From an uncultured delta proteobacterium (GTDB taxonomy: Bacteria > Myxococcota > Kuafuiibacteriia > Kuafuiibacteriales > Kuafuiibacteriaceae): DNA of 64,000 nt. Under the pieces are notes generated by a model. The model ran no database searches. It was not told the origin of the DNA and saw only the letters and a list, made by a program, of their open reading frames with translations. The stretch is taken from the NCBI GenBank assembly GCA_963803435.1, contig CAWDML010000014.1, positions 64,001 to 128,000 on the forward strand. The letters are read 5' to 3'. A program made the translations under genes and the position numbers. Within the stretch, counting starts at the first letter, position 1, and the number at the start of each line of letters is the position of its first letter. Of this stretch, positions 12,169 through 21,758 are shown piece by piece.

Positions 12169-13401
12169 TCAGCCCCCCAGCCCCGCGCTCAGCCCGTACG
12201 CCGCCGCGCCCAGCACCACGCCCGCGATCCACTGGATCCACGGGACGTCGTCGGGGCCGCCGAAGATCAGCGTGCCCAGGGACCAGGTGGCGCCGGCGGT
12301 GGCGAGAGAATAGCCGAGCGGCAGCATCAACACGCCGGGCGGGTTCACGTGGTTCGGATCGCCCGCGTCCGCGCGGTAGCCGAAGGTCGTGAAGCCGTCG
12401 TGCGAGCACTCGGAGCCCTGAAAGCAGACCGTGTTCACCTTCCCGTCGTGGCGCACGGCCGCGAACGTCGCGATCACGGCGCCGCTCAACACCAGCAGCA
12501 GCCCGGACCACTCCGTCACCGGACGGAGCACCGTCGGCTCGTGATGCGTGAGGACCAGCTCGGGCGACAGCTCGGCGCGGGCGCCCCGCGCGACCTCCAC
12601 CGCAATCTCGGCGTCGGCGTAGTTCGGGTTCCGCAGCCGGATCGTGTGGCGGCCCGGACGCACGTTCGAGAGCTCGTTGAGACCCGGCGCGGTGGTACCG
12701 ATCGTGCGGTCGTCGAGGGCGAGCTCAAGCGGCTCGGTGGAGTCGACCTCGAGGGCGATCGTTCCCCAGGGCTCCCAGTGGCCCTGCTGCTCGAGCGCCG
12801 GCCGGAGGTCGACCGACACCAGTCGCTCCAACAGATCGGCCGCCGCGCCCGCCTCCGCGAGATCGCGCCGCGGCGTCGACGTGAGCACCGCCTGCTCGGC
12901 GACCGCGGACTCGACGCGCTCCTGCCAGGATCCCTCCCGCTTGGTGTCGTGGAGCAGCGCCAGCGCCTTGTCGGTGTCGAGCAGCAACGTGCTCAGTCGA
13001 TCCGGCTCGCCTTCGATCGCAACGCTGATGATCAAGAGGAGGAACCGCGGATAGAGCGTGCCGTCCTCCTCGAGCCGGTGGAGGTGCTCTCGATAGGTCA
13101 TCCGCCCGCCGTCCGCCCGGCGCAGCGCGGCCTCCGAGTAGTCCTCGCGGGCCTCGTCGGCGAGACAGAACAGGCGCCCGCGACACCTCTCGACCGCCCG
13201 CTCGTCGACGAGCTGGATCGTGAAGTCCGTGTGCCGCTCGAGGACCGCGGTGATCGCCCGGATGATCTCCGAGCTATCGGTCTTCGCGGCCTCCCCCGTG
13301 GGCGTCGCCAGCACGAGGGCCAGCGGCGTTCGATCGTGAGCGTCGATCGCGTGGGGGGCCGACGCCAGGACCAGGGCGACCACGCAGGCTCCAGGCAGCA
13401 T
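12169..13401 (-). CDS. secreted PEGA-domain protein with C-terminal hydrophobic helices
   Basis: Signal-like N-terminus; LALDDRTIGTT...VRPGRHTIRLRNPNY PEGA pattern; Gly-rich hydrophobic C-terminus. Confidence 0.7.
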   Translation of the reverse strand: MLPGACVVALVLASAPHAIDAHDRTPLALVLATPTGEAAKTDSSEIIRAITAVLERHTDFTIQLVDERAVERCRGRLFCLADEAREDYSEAALRRADGGRMTYREHLHRLEEDGTLYPRFLLLIISVAIEGEPDRLSTLLLDTDKALALLHDTKREGSWQERVESAVAEQAVLTSTPRRDLAEAGAAADLLERLVSVDLRPALEQQGHWEPWGTIALEVDSTEPLELALDDRTIGTTAPGLNELSNVRPGRHTIRLRNPNYADAEIAVEVARGARAELSPELVLTHHEPTVLRPVTEWSGLLLVLSGAVIATFAAVRHDGKVNTVCFQGSECSHDGFTTFGYRADAGDPNHVNPPGVLMLPLGYSLATAGATWSLGTLIFGGPDDVPWIQWIAGVVLGAAAYGLSAGLGG

Positions 13402-13430
13402 CCGCGCTCATGCTACGTCGGGTAGGCCCG

Positions 13431-14300
13431 TCAGCCCAGATCCTCCCGGGTGATGGGGAAGAGCTGGAACCCCACCTGGAACACCTCGCGCTGGTCTGCG
13501 CCCTCGGACGCCTGATCGCTCATCATCTCGAGGAGCTCCCTGCGGAACTTCGCGATGCGGGCCCGCACCTCCTGGAACTGGACGGGCGAGAGCGCGAAGG
13601 TGAGCGCGGTGATGTCGCGGAGCTCCAGCGGGACGCCGTCGAGCGACTTGCTGGCGAGATCCAGCATGGCCCGGTGATAGTTTCGCACCGCCAGCGAGCG
13701 GACGCGCGGGCCGGTGGAGATGTTGGTATCGGCGGGACGCAGGCGGCCCTCGTCGTCCCGCACCACCAACCCCACCTCCAGCAGCAGCGAGAGCGCCTGC
13801 TCGACGTCGGAGGCGCGCACCGGGGGACGGAGCCGGCGTCCGATCCACGCGGGATCTTCCTGGAAGTCGGGAAGGAGCAGCATCTCCCGGATGGGAAGCG
13901 CGTACCAAAGCGAGTAGACGCGATACTGGGCCTCCTCGAGGCGCATCGAGGCGGCCGAGGACGCCTGCCGGCGAAGGCGGAGATAGTAGCGGTTGCGCTC
14001 GGCGTCGGTCTGCGCCTGCCCGAGCAGCACCAGCGTCTCGAACGTCTCCTGCTCCTCCTGATCGAGCCCGAGACCCTTCGCGAACTTCGCGATCGACTTC
14101 GGCGAGAGGTTGCGCTGCCCCTCCGCCACCAGCTTCAGGAAGTTGGGCGAGGAGAAGCCCGCCACCCGCGAGAAGTAGCGGTACGAGAACTGGGGCTTCG
14201 TCGTTTTCAGGTACCCGATCATCGCGCGCAGATACGCGCGATAGTCGTCGAAGGCGTGGGGGCTGGGACGGCGAACCGTATTCTCGGCAATGGCGACCAC
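13431..14300 (-). CDS. TIGR02147/DUF4423-family HTH protein; start uncertain
   Basis: DYRAYL...FSYRYFSRVAGFSSPNFLKLVAEGQRNLS, WYALPIRE, VFQVGFQLFP. Confidence 0.88.
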   Translation of the reverse strand: MVAIAENTVRRPSPHAFDDYRAYLRAMIGYLKTTKPQFSYRYFSRVAGFSSPNFLKLVAEGQRNLSPKSIAKFAKGLGLDQEEQETFETLVLLGQAQTDAERNRYYLRLRRQASSAASMRLEEAQYRVYSLWYALPIREMLLLPDFQEDPAWIGRRLRPPVRASDVEQALSLLLEVGLVVRDDEGRLRPADTNISTGPRVRSLAVRNYHRAMLDLASKSLDGVPLELRDITALTFALSPVQFQEVRARIAKFRRELLEMMSDQASEGADQREVFQVGFQLFPITREDLG

Positions 14301-14356
14301 CGCCTCTAGGAAGCGCTCAACCGGCCCTGGAGTCAAAGATGCCGGGGCATTCGAAC

Positions 14357-14382
14357 GTATTCAGATCGAATACAGTATTCAG
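14357..14382. promoter_or_regulatory. operator-like array GTATTC-agatc-GAATAC-a-GTATTC upstream of the TIGR02147 gene
   Basis: Three copies of one AT-rich hexamer in alternating orientation within 24 bp. Confidence 0.55.
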
Positions 14383-15896
14383 GGCACGCTTCGGATGCGA
14401 CCCGCGGGCGGCGGCGCGATCGGGGACGCGGCGGCGAAGTAGGCCTCGAGCGCGTCGATGTCCAGCATGCCCTGGGTGCGGTCGGTGCCGTCGGCCAGCA
14501 CACCTCGGCTCCCGAGGTAGTTGTTCACCGTGACGCGATAGTGGGCCTTGGGATCGAGCGGGCGACCGCCGATCGAGATGTCGCCGGGATCGATGCGGTC
14601 GCCGTCTTTGCGAGCGGTGTGCCACGTGTAGTTCAGCGTGCTCGACACCTGGAGGAACCGGGGGTGGTCGCCGCTCCACTGCTCTTCGAGCAGCTGCTCG
14701 ATCTGGTCGCCGGTGAGCGTCATGGTCACCAGCGCGTTGCCGAACGGCTGCGCGGTGAACGCCATCCCGTAGGTGACCGCAAGCTTCTCGGTCCCCAGAT
14801 CGGCGCGGATGCCGCCGCTGTTCATGAACGCGAGCTGCGCCGCGCCTCGCTCGGGCGTGCGCGTCGCGAAGAGCTGGGCGTCGGCGATCACCGATCCCAG
14901 CGGCGACTCGCCCGACGGCCCCTCCTGGCGCGAAAGCACCGAGGTCACGCCGCCGATCTCGCGCTCCTCCAGCGGAGCCGCCTCCTCGCCGTAGCGATCG
15001 ACCATCCCCAGGACCTCCGAGTTGGGATCGATCAGATGGTCCACGCTCCGGTTCGTCGCGGTCGCCGCCGTGACGTCGCCGGTCGCGCGATCGAGCTGGA
15101 GATCGATGGTGGTCAGCATGCGGCCGAAGCAGCCGGCGCTGGTCACGACCTTGCCGGACAGCTTGCAGTTGTAGGCCTGATGCGTGTGGCCGCTGACCAC
15201 GACGTCGACCTCCGGCGGCAGGCGGGCCACCACGTCGACGATGGCGCCGGTCATGTCCTTGCAGTCGTTGGGGCCGCCGCTCTGGAAGCCGCCCTCGTGG
15301 ACGACGACCACGATCGCCTGCACGCCCTTGGCCGTGAGCGCGGGCATCAGCGCCTCCACGGTGTCGGCCTCGTCGGGGAACGACAACTCCGGGATCACCG
15401 GCGGGACGAACGTGGGCGTGTCCTTGGTGGTCAGGCCGATGAAGGCCACCGGTACGCCGCCGTACCGCCGGATCGTGTACGGAGGATAGATCGGCTGTCC
15501 GTCCGAGCGGCGCACCACGTTCGCCGCCAGCAGCGTGAAGCGTGCCGGCTTCATCACGCGGAGGAGCTCGGCCAGGCCCTCGTCGAGCTCGTGATTGCCG
15601 ACTGCGTGGACGTCGACGCCGATCCGGTTCATGACCGCGATCGTCGGCTCGTCGTGGAGGAGCGCGGAGATGAGCGGGCTACCGCCAATCATGTCGCCGG
15701 CGGAGACCACCACCGCGTTCGAGGCCTCGCTCCGCAGCTTGTCAACGTGGCTTGCAAACCAAGCCGCTCCGCCGACGTCTTCTCCGGAGGGCGGGCGCAG
15801 GTTCCCATGGAAGTCGTTGAACGCGATGATGCGCAGCGGCACGTTGCCGGAGGGTCGCGCCGCGCAAGAAACGAGGGCGAGTGAGGCGAGGAGCAT
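14379..15896 (-). CDS. bifunctional metallophosphatase / 5'-nucleotidase lipoprotein (alternative start 15920)
   Basis: NDFHG, SAGD, GNHELD, SGHTH, MNSGGIRAD, QPFGN; LVSC lipobox. Confidence 0.93.
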   Translation of the reverse strand: MLLASLALVSCAARPSGNVPLRIIAFNDFHGNLRPPSGEDVGGAAWFASHVDKLRSEASNAVVVSAGDMIGGSPLISALLHDEPTIAVMNRIGVDVHAVGNHELDEGLAELLRVMKPARFTLLAANVVRRSDGQPIYPPYTIRRYGGVPVAFIGLTTKDTPTFVPPVIPELSFPDEADTVEALMPALTAKGVQAIVVVVHEGGFQSGGPNDCKDMTGAIVDVVARLPPEVDVVVSGHTHQAYNCKLSGKVVTSAGCFGRMLTTIDLQLDRATGDVTAATATNRSVDHLIDPNSEVLGMVDRYGEEAAPLEEREIGGVTSVLSRQEGPSGESPLGSVIADAQLFATRTPERGAAQLAFMNSGGIRADLGTEKLAVTYGMAFTAQPFGNALVTMTLTGDQIEQLLEEQWSGDHPRFLQVSSTLNYTWHTARKDGDRIDPGDISIGGRPLDPKAHYRVTVNNYLGSRGVLADGTDRTQGMLDIDALEAYFAAASPIAPPPAGRIRSVP

Positions 15897-15923
15897 TGTC
15901 CTCTGCACGGCCGGGAACATATC

Positions 15924-16517
15924 ATGAGCCCCTTGTCCGACGCCGTCCTCAACGTCGCGCAGGTCGTCCCCCGGACCGAGGCCGAGGGCCCGGGGCACCG
16001 CTACGCCGTCTGGGTCCAGGGCTGTCCGTTCCGCTGCCCGGGCTGCTGCAACCCGGAGATGCTGTCGTTCGAGCCACGGCGGGCGATGCCGGTCGACGCG
16101 CTCCTCGAGGACGTCGGCCACCACGACGTCGAGGGCGTCACGTTCCTCGGCGGCGAGCCGATCAGCCAGGCGGCCGCCTTCGCCGACCTCGCCGAGGGTG
16201 TCCGCGCCGCCGGTCTCACCGTGATGATCTTCAGCGGTCATACGCTCGCCGAGCTCCGCGCGATGAACGACGCCGAGGTGGAGCGGCTGCTGGCGGCGAC
16301 CGATCTGCTGGTCGACGGCCGCTACCAGGCGAGCCTGCGCACGACCGAACGTCGTTGGATCGGGTCGACCAACCAGGTGATGCACTTCCTCAGCAGCGCC
16401 TACGATCCGGGCGATCCGCGCTTCCTCGGGCCCAACCACCTCGAGATCCGGATGGTGAACGGCCAGCTCACCCTCAACGGCTGGCCGCTCCACGGACGCC
16501 GCACGCGGCTGATCTGA
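15924..16517 (+). CDS. NrdG-like radical SAM (4Fe-4S) protein
   Basis: EGPGHRYAVWVQGCPFRCPGCCN (CxxxCxxC), GVTFLGGEP, DLLVDGRY, GSTNQ. Confidence 0.9.
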   Translation: MSPLSDAVLNVAQVVPRTEAEGPGHRYAVWVQGCPFRCPGCCNPEMLSFEPRRAMPVDALLEDVGHHDVEGVTFLGGEPISQAAAFADLAEGVRAAGLTVMIFSGHTLAELRAMNDAEVERLLAATDLLVDGRYQASLRTTERRWIGSTNQVMHFLSSAYDPGDPRFLGPNHLEIRMVNGQLTLNGWPLHGRRTRLI

Positions 16518-17611
16518 TGGCGCGCCCGTTCTTCGACCAGACGGAGGCCTTTGCGCTCTCGATCGTCGACGCGCTCGCGGGCGGACGCCGACCGCACCCC
16601 CTCCCCTACCTGAAGCAGCTCGAGCCTTCGCCGCAGCTGATCCGGATCGGCGCGGAGCGGCTGGCGATCCATCTCCATCGCCATTTGTTGCGCTCCGGTG
16701 GCGACCGCGAGCGAACCGTCCTCCGCGGCGGACGGCGGGCGACCGGGCGGCTGTGGGACCCGGCGTTGAACGAGGGCTTCGGGCTACGCTTCACCGCCGC
16801 CTCGATCAATCTGTGGCTGGGGCTCGTGCAAGGCATGTTGCACCCGCCCAAGCGACGGCCCGACCTGGGCCAGCGGCTGGGACGGTGTGCCCGGGTCGAG
16901 GGCACCGAGTCCGGGGACTGGCTGTTCTATGCGCGGGCGCTGGCCCACCTGCCGCGTCTGCCGATCGAGACGGGCGACCCTCACAGCGCCGACGATCTCC
17001 TGGGGCGCCGCCTGCGCTCCGGCTCGCCGCTGGCCGTGCTCTGGTCGTTGTCGCCGCACCTCGCCGAGCGCGCGGCCACCTCCAACTTGCTCGAACGCCT
17101 GCTGGGCGCCGGCAGCGTCCGGATCGCCGAGTGTCTCGACGGCGCGCTCCTCCCCGCCTGGACCGAAGCGCTCTCGCGGGCCCTCCATCAGTCTCCCAGC
17201 CTCGACCCGTTCGTCGCGCGGGCGGCGGGCGCAGCGCTGGTGCTCGGGGGCTGGCTCGACGCGCTCGATCGCCGGGAGCGCCTCGACCTGGCCGCCGGGG
17301 TGATGCGCTTCCTGGCGGCGCTGCCAGACCTCCTGGGCTCGCCGTCGATCGATCGCGTGCGTGCGGACCTCGCGAGCCGGTACCTGCCCCGCACGGTCCA
17401 CGAGCGGCAGCGGGCCGAGCACGCCCTGGCTGGGGTGCTCGCGGTGGGTGTGCGACTGGCGGAGCTCGACGATCGTTTCGCCGCCCTCCGCTACGGCGAT
17501 CCGCGGTGGGATGAGGGACAGCTCTATCGGGCGGCCTTCGCCGACCTCCTCGCCCCACAGCTCGATCGGATACGCGCGCTGGAGCGCGGGCTCCGTGGCG
17601 TCATTGGCTAG
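16517..17611 (+). CDS. hypothetical protein resembling FtsH ternary system domain X6 (fvmX6)
   Basis: TGATG coupling to the radical SAM gene; GGDRERTVLRGG...GRLWD and C-terminal YGDPRWDEGQLY recall fvmX6 (from memory). Confidence 0.55.
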   Translation: MARPFFDQTEAFALSIVDALAGGRRPHPLPYLKQLEPSPQLIRIGAERLAIHLHRHLLRSGGDRERTVLRGGRRATGRLWDPALNEGFGLRFTAASINLWLGLVQGMLHPPKRRPDLGQRLGRCARVEGTESGDWLFYARALAHLPRLPIETGDPHSADDLLGRRLRSGSPLAVLWSLSPHLAERAATSNLLERLLGAGSVRIAECLDGALLPAWTEALSRALHQSPSLDPFVARAAGAALVLGGWLDALDRRERLDLAAGVMRFLAALPDLLGSPSIDRVRADLASRYLPRTVHERQRAEHALAGVLAVGVRLAELDDRFAALRYGDPRWDEGQLYRAAFADLLAPQLDRIRALERGLRGVIG

Positions 17612-17652
17612 GCTGGATCAGAAGGCGAAAAGACGTAGAGTTGGCCCAGCGA

Positions 17653-18753
17653 ATGCTTCGCATGCCGAACATGCACGTGCGCGTCGAACCCAAGCCCAAG
17701 ATGCGGCGTCTCCTCCTCGTGGGGCGGGGCGTCGATGGTGTCGAGGGCGCTCAGCTGGAACCCTTCGAGACCTACCGCGAAGAGCTTGCGAGCTACGGGA
17801 TCGAGTTCCGCCGCTCCGATCTGCCCACGCTCTTCACGGTCGAACGCGCCGTCCGCGCCTCGAGCGAAGATGCTGCGCTGATCATGGTCGGGTGGAACGA
17901 GCCGAAGGACGAGGTGGTGTCGACCTTCGAACGGCTCTACCGCCGCAGCGACCGGCCGCGCCTGATCTTCCTCGACTACTACGCCCAGACGAGCACGCCG
18001 TTCTTCGACGTCCTGCCCTTCGTCGATCGCTACGCCAAGCGCCAGGTGCTGCGCGACCGCTCGATCTATCAGCGCGACGACCTGAGGGGCGGGTACATCT
18101 TCACCGACTTCTTCTCCCGGGATCAGGAGTTCGATCTGGGCGACTGGCACTTCGGCTCGAAGCTCGCGGAGCCCTACTCCGACCGCCTGGTGCATGCCTG
18201 GAACCTGGGCGTCCTGGCGCGATACCGCACGATGGTGTCGTGGGGACGGCTCCTGCGCTGGAATGCCCGCCCGATCGACGTGCACTGCCGCCTCGAGATC
18301 GGCCGGCACTCACGCTCGCGCTGGGAGTGGTACTCGCAGTACCGCACGCTCTCGCGCCAGGCCGCGGAGAAGCTGGCGCCGAGGTACCGGCTCACGCCTT
18401 CGGGCCACGTGCGGCGGCTGCGCTACTTCCTCGAGCTCGCCCACAGCAAGGTCGTCTTCTCCCCGTTCGGCTGGGGCGAGGTCTGCATCCGCGACTTCGA
18501 GACGGTGGCGGCCGGCGCGCTCCTGGTGAAGCCGTCGATGGATCACGTCGTCACCAGCCCGGACATCTACCGGCCCTTCGAGACGTACGTCCCGTGCAAG
18601 TGGGACTTGTCCGATCTGGTGGAGAAGTGCACGTACTACCTCGAGCACCCGGCCGAGGCCCGGCGCATCGCGGATCGCGCGCGCGAGGTGTTGCGCGAGT
18701 ACTACGAGAAGGGTGGCTTCGTCCGGGACCTGGTGCGGGTCCTGGAGGCGTAG
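17653..18753 (+). CDS. GT-B glycosyltransferase (family 1/CgeB-like); start uncertain
   Basis: YFLELAHSKVVFSPFGWGEVCIRDFE...GALLVKP, YVPCKWDLSDL. Confidence 0.8.
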   Translation: MLRMPNMHVRVEPKPKMRRLLLVGRGVDGVEGAQLEPFETYREELASYGIEFRRSDLPTLFTVERAVRASSEDAALIMVGWNEPKDEVVSTFERLYRRSDRPRLIFLDYYAQTSTPFFDVLPFVDRYAKRQVLRDRSIYQRDDLRGGYIFTDFFSRDQEFDLGDWHFGSKLAEPYSDRLVHAWNLGVLARYRTMVSWGRLLRWNARPIDVHCRLEIGRHSRSRWEWYSQYRTLSRQAAEKLAPRYRLTPSGHVRRLRYFLELAHSKVVFSPFGWGEVCIRDFETVAAGALLVKPSMDHVVTSPDIYRPFETYVPCKWDLSDLVEKCTYYLEHPAEARRIADRAREVLREYYEKGGFVRDLVRVLEA

Positions 18754-18758
18754 CCGGT

Positions 18759-18869
18759 TCAGCGCACGGACAGGCGGCGCACCGAGAGACGCGCGAGGTC
18801 CTTCAGGTAGCAGAGCAACGCCCGGGCGAGACCGAAACAGGCGCGGCCGAAGGTCGGAGAGTCGTTCAT
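18759..18869 (-). CDS. putative 36-aa small protein
   Basis: ATG...TGA reading MNDSPTFGRACFGLARALLCYLKDLARLSVRRLSVR with mostly G/C third positions; fills the gap downstream of MMPL. Confidence 0.4.
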   Translation of the reverse strand: MNDSPTFGRACFGLARALLCYLKDLARLSVRRLSVR

Positions 18870-18931
18870 GGCTCGTCTCGAGAATCGGCCCTTCCCTGGC
18901 GAGCTTGAGGGCGAGCTCGAGGGTCTCTAGT

Positions 18932-21028
18932 TCAGGGCACTTGCGTCTGGGGTGGCACGGTGTGCGACGGCACGCGTTGCGCGCGCGGCTTCATCCAGCG
19001 CGGCGCCCACCAGTTGTAGCGCCCGAGCAGCTGCATCGTCGCCGGCACCAGCAGCGCCCGGACGATGGTGGCGTCCACGGCGATGGCGATGGCCATGCCC
19101 ACGCCGAGCTCCTTGATCAGCAGCATGTCGGCGCTCATGAAGCCGACCATCACGGCGATCACCAGCAGCGCCGCGCGCGTGATGATGCGGCCCGTCTGCT
19201 CGAGGCCGATGGCGACGCTGACCCGCCCGTCGCCGGTGAGGTCCCAAGCCTCGCGAATCCGGCTGAGGAGAAAGAGCTCGTAGTCCATCGCCAGACCGAA
19301 CACGACCGCGAACATCACCACCGGGATGGTGAGCTCGATGCTCCCGTTCGAGCGGTAGTGGAGGAGCTTCTGGAGGCGGCCGTCCTGGAAGATGAAGACC
19401 AGCGCGCCGAAGCTGGCGGTCAACGAGAGCACGTTCATCACGATCGCCTTCAGCGGCACGACCACGGATCGGAACGCCAGGAACAGCACCACGAAGGTGG
19501 CGAGGCAGATCAGCCCGAGCGCCAGCGGGAGGCGCGAGTCGAGCGAGGCGCGCAGATCGACCAGGTGCGCCGCGTCGCCGCCCACGAGCGTGCTGACGCC
19601 CGGCGTCGCGAGCGCGCGGATCCGGTGGATCAAATCGACGGCCGCGTCCGACTCGGGCGGAGCGTCGCTGATGAGGCTGAGCGCGGTGAGGTAGGGAGGC
19701 CCGCCTTGCCCGTCGATCCGCCTGACGTGCTGGAGGTGCGGGAGCTTCGACACTTCAGCGACGTGGAGGTCGAGCGCCGCGCGGCTCGCGGCCGTCAACG
19801 CCACGTCGATCGGCGTGACCACGTTCCGGGGGAAGCGGTCCGACGCCAAGAGGTCGGCCACCTGCCGCGCCTGGGAGTCCTGGGGCAAGACGCGGGCGCC
19901 GGCCACCGACTCCTTGAGCCGGAGGAACGGGGCGCCGAGGAGCAGCAACACGAGCGTGGTACCGACGGCCACCAGGGCAGGCGCGCGCATGACGGCGTGA
20001 GCGATCCGACTCCACATCACGCTGCGATCCGTGCTGCGCGCGGAGCGGAAGCTGAGCCAGTCGAGCCGCGGGCCCAGGGCGGCCAGCGCCGCCGGGAGGA
20101 ACAGCAGTGTCGCCAGGACCGCCATCGTCACCACGATCGCGCCGGAGATGGCGACGCTCTTGAGGAGCGGGATCGGAAAGACCAAGACGCCCAACATGCT
20201 CACCGCCACCGCCACGCCCGAGTTGGTGATCGTGCGGCCCGCGGTGACGATCGTGTTGCGGAGCGCGGTCGGGACGTCCAGACCGGCGTGCAGCTCGTCG
20301 CGGAAACGGCTGGTCATGAACAGGGAGTAGTCGACGGCCACCCCGAAGCCCACGAAAGTGGCGATGTTGAGCGCGAAGATCGAGACGCTGGTGAAGCTGG
20401 CCAGCGCGCGGAGGCAGGCCAGCGCCCAGGTGATCGCGAAGCCGCCGATCAAGAGCGGCAGCGCGGCGATCACGAAGCCGCGGAAGAAGACGATCAGGAG
20501 GAGTGCCACCAGCGGGAGCGCGATGAGCTCACCGCGCTCGAGATCGTGCGCCGCCGCCGCCTGCGCCTGACGCGTCGCCGGGACCAGGCCGCCGACCTGC
20601 GCGCTCAGCCCCGGGGCCTGGAGCAGCGGTTCGACCGCCTCGTACGGGCCCTTCAGCTGGATGGAGACGATCGCGATGTGTCCGTCCTTGGAGGTCAACG
20701 ACGGCGCCACGCGCCCGATCTCGGGGCGCGCGCGGAGCTTTGCGATCGTGGCCTGGAGCGGCCGTGCAAACTCGGGATCGCTGACCTTGGCGGTCTCGTG
20801 GGAGTAGGCGACGACCACGTCCGGTTGACCGAGCCCGAACCTCGCCTGGAGCATCCGCTCCGCGCGCGCGGACTCGCTGTTGGGATCTTCGAAGCCCCCC
20901 GCCTCGAGCACCTTGGTGGCGCCGGCGCCGTAGATCGCGGCGCCCACCAGCAGCACCACGAACACGATGAGAAGGGGCAGTCGGCGCCGGTGCGTGAATC
21001 CTGCGAGGTGTTCCAGCAGCACTCTCAT
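18932..21028 (-). CDS. MMPL family (RND) transporter, actinobacterial YdfJ/MmpL-like
   Basis: GVAVDYSLFMTSRFRDE, TAGRTI, FGLAMDYELFLLSRIRE, DATIVRALLVPA, NWWAP. Confidence 0.93.
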   Translation of the reverse strand: MRVLLEHLAGFTHRRRLPLLIVFVVLLVGAAIYGAGATKVLEAGGFEDPNSESARAERMLQARFGLGQPDVVVAYSHETAKVSDPEFARPLQATIAKLRARPEIGRVAPSLTSKDGHIAIVSIQLKGPYEAVEPLLQAPGLSAQVGGLVPATRQAQAAAAHDLERGELIALPLVALLLIVFFRGFVIAALPLLIGGFAITWALACLRALASFTSVSIFALNIATFVGFGVAVDYSLFMTSRFRDELHAGLDVPTALRNTIVTAGRTITNSGVAVAVSMLGVLVFPIPLLKSVAISGAIVVTMAVLATLLFLPAALAALGPRLDWLSFRSARSTDRSVMWSRIAHAVMRAPALVAVGTTLVLLLLGAPFLRLKESVAGARVLPQDSQARQVADLLASDRFPRNVVTPIDVALTAASRAALDLHVAEVSKLPHLQHVRRIDGQGGPPYLTALSLISDAPPESDAAVDLIHRIRALATPGVSTLVGGDAAHLVDLRASLDSRLPLALGLICLATFVVLFLAFRSVVVPLKAIVMNVLSLTASFGALVFIFQDGRLQKLLHYRSNGSIELTIPVVMFAVVFGLAMDYELFLLSRIREAWDLTGDGRVSVAIGLEQTGRIITRAALLVIAVMVGFMSADMLLIKELGVGMAIAIAVDATIVRALLVPATMQLLGRYNWWAPRWMKPRAQRVPSHTVPPQTQVP

Positions 21029-21101
21029 GTGCACCACCGGGTGCAACGGCGGGGCCGAAGTCAGTTGACAGCCGATCCGCCTCGGTCGACAGAGCCGACA
21101 C

Positions 21102-21758
21102 ATGATCTCCGCCGTCATCTTCGACATGGACGGCCTCCTGGTTGACTCGGAGCCCCTGTGGCGCCGTGCCGAGATCGAGGCGTTCGCCGAGGTCGGCGTG
21201 GCGTTGAACGACACCATGTGTCTCGAGACGACCGGGCTCCGGATCGATCAGGTGGTGGATCACTGGCAGCAGCGCTTTGGATTCACCTTCGAGAGCCCGG
21301 CTGCGGTCCGGCGCGACGTCCTCGCTCGCGTCGGCCGGCTCATCACCCGTGAGGCGGAGCCCCGGCCCGGCGCCGTCGAGGCGGTGGAGCGCGCCGCTCG
21401 TACGCTGCCGGTGGCGCTGGCGTCCTCCTCTCCGCACGCGATCATCGACGCGGTCCTGGATCGCTTCGGGGTTCGCGCGGTCTTTCGGGTGATCCACTCA
21501 GCGGACGACGAGCAGTATGGGAAGCCGCACCCGGCGGTCTTCCTGACGACAGCCGCGCGCCTGGAAAGGTCTGCGCTCGAGTGTCTCGTGCTGGAGGACT
21601 CGCTCAACGGGGTGCTCGCCGCCAAGGCCGCCCGGATGCGGTGCCTGGCGGTCCCCGAGGCGGAGCAGCAGCGAGATCCGCGCTTCGCGATCGCGGATCG
21701 GATCTTGCCCAGCCTGACGGCCCTCGACGACGAAGTCTGGCGGGAGATGATCGCATGA
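21102..21758 (+). CDS. HAD phosphatase (HxpB/YniC-like)
   Basis: FDMDGLLVDSEP, GKPHP, LEDSLNG. Confidence 0.9.
   Translation: MISAVIFDMDGLLVDSEPLWRRAEIEAFAEVGVALNDTMCLETTGLRIDQVVDHWQQRFGFTFESPAAVRRDVLARVGRLITREAEPRPGAVEAVERAARTLPVALASSSPHAIIDAVLDRFGVRAVFRVIHSADDEQYGKPHPAVFLTTAARLERSALECLVLEDSLNGVLAAKAARMRCLAVPEAEQQRDPRFAIADRILPSLTALDDEVWREMIA

Noticed and set aside
15921-16493. N-terminal extension of the 704-aa nucleotidase ORF
   Set aside because: Antisense to the radical SAM gene; the signal peptide begins at 15896-15920
15924-16517. Calling the radical SAM gene nrdG of an anaerobic ribonucleotide reductase
   Set aside because: No nrdD nearby; it is coupled to an unrelated protein
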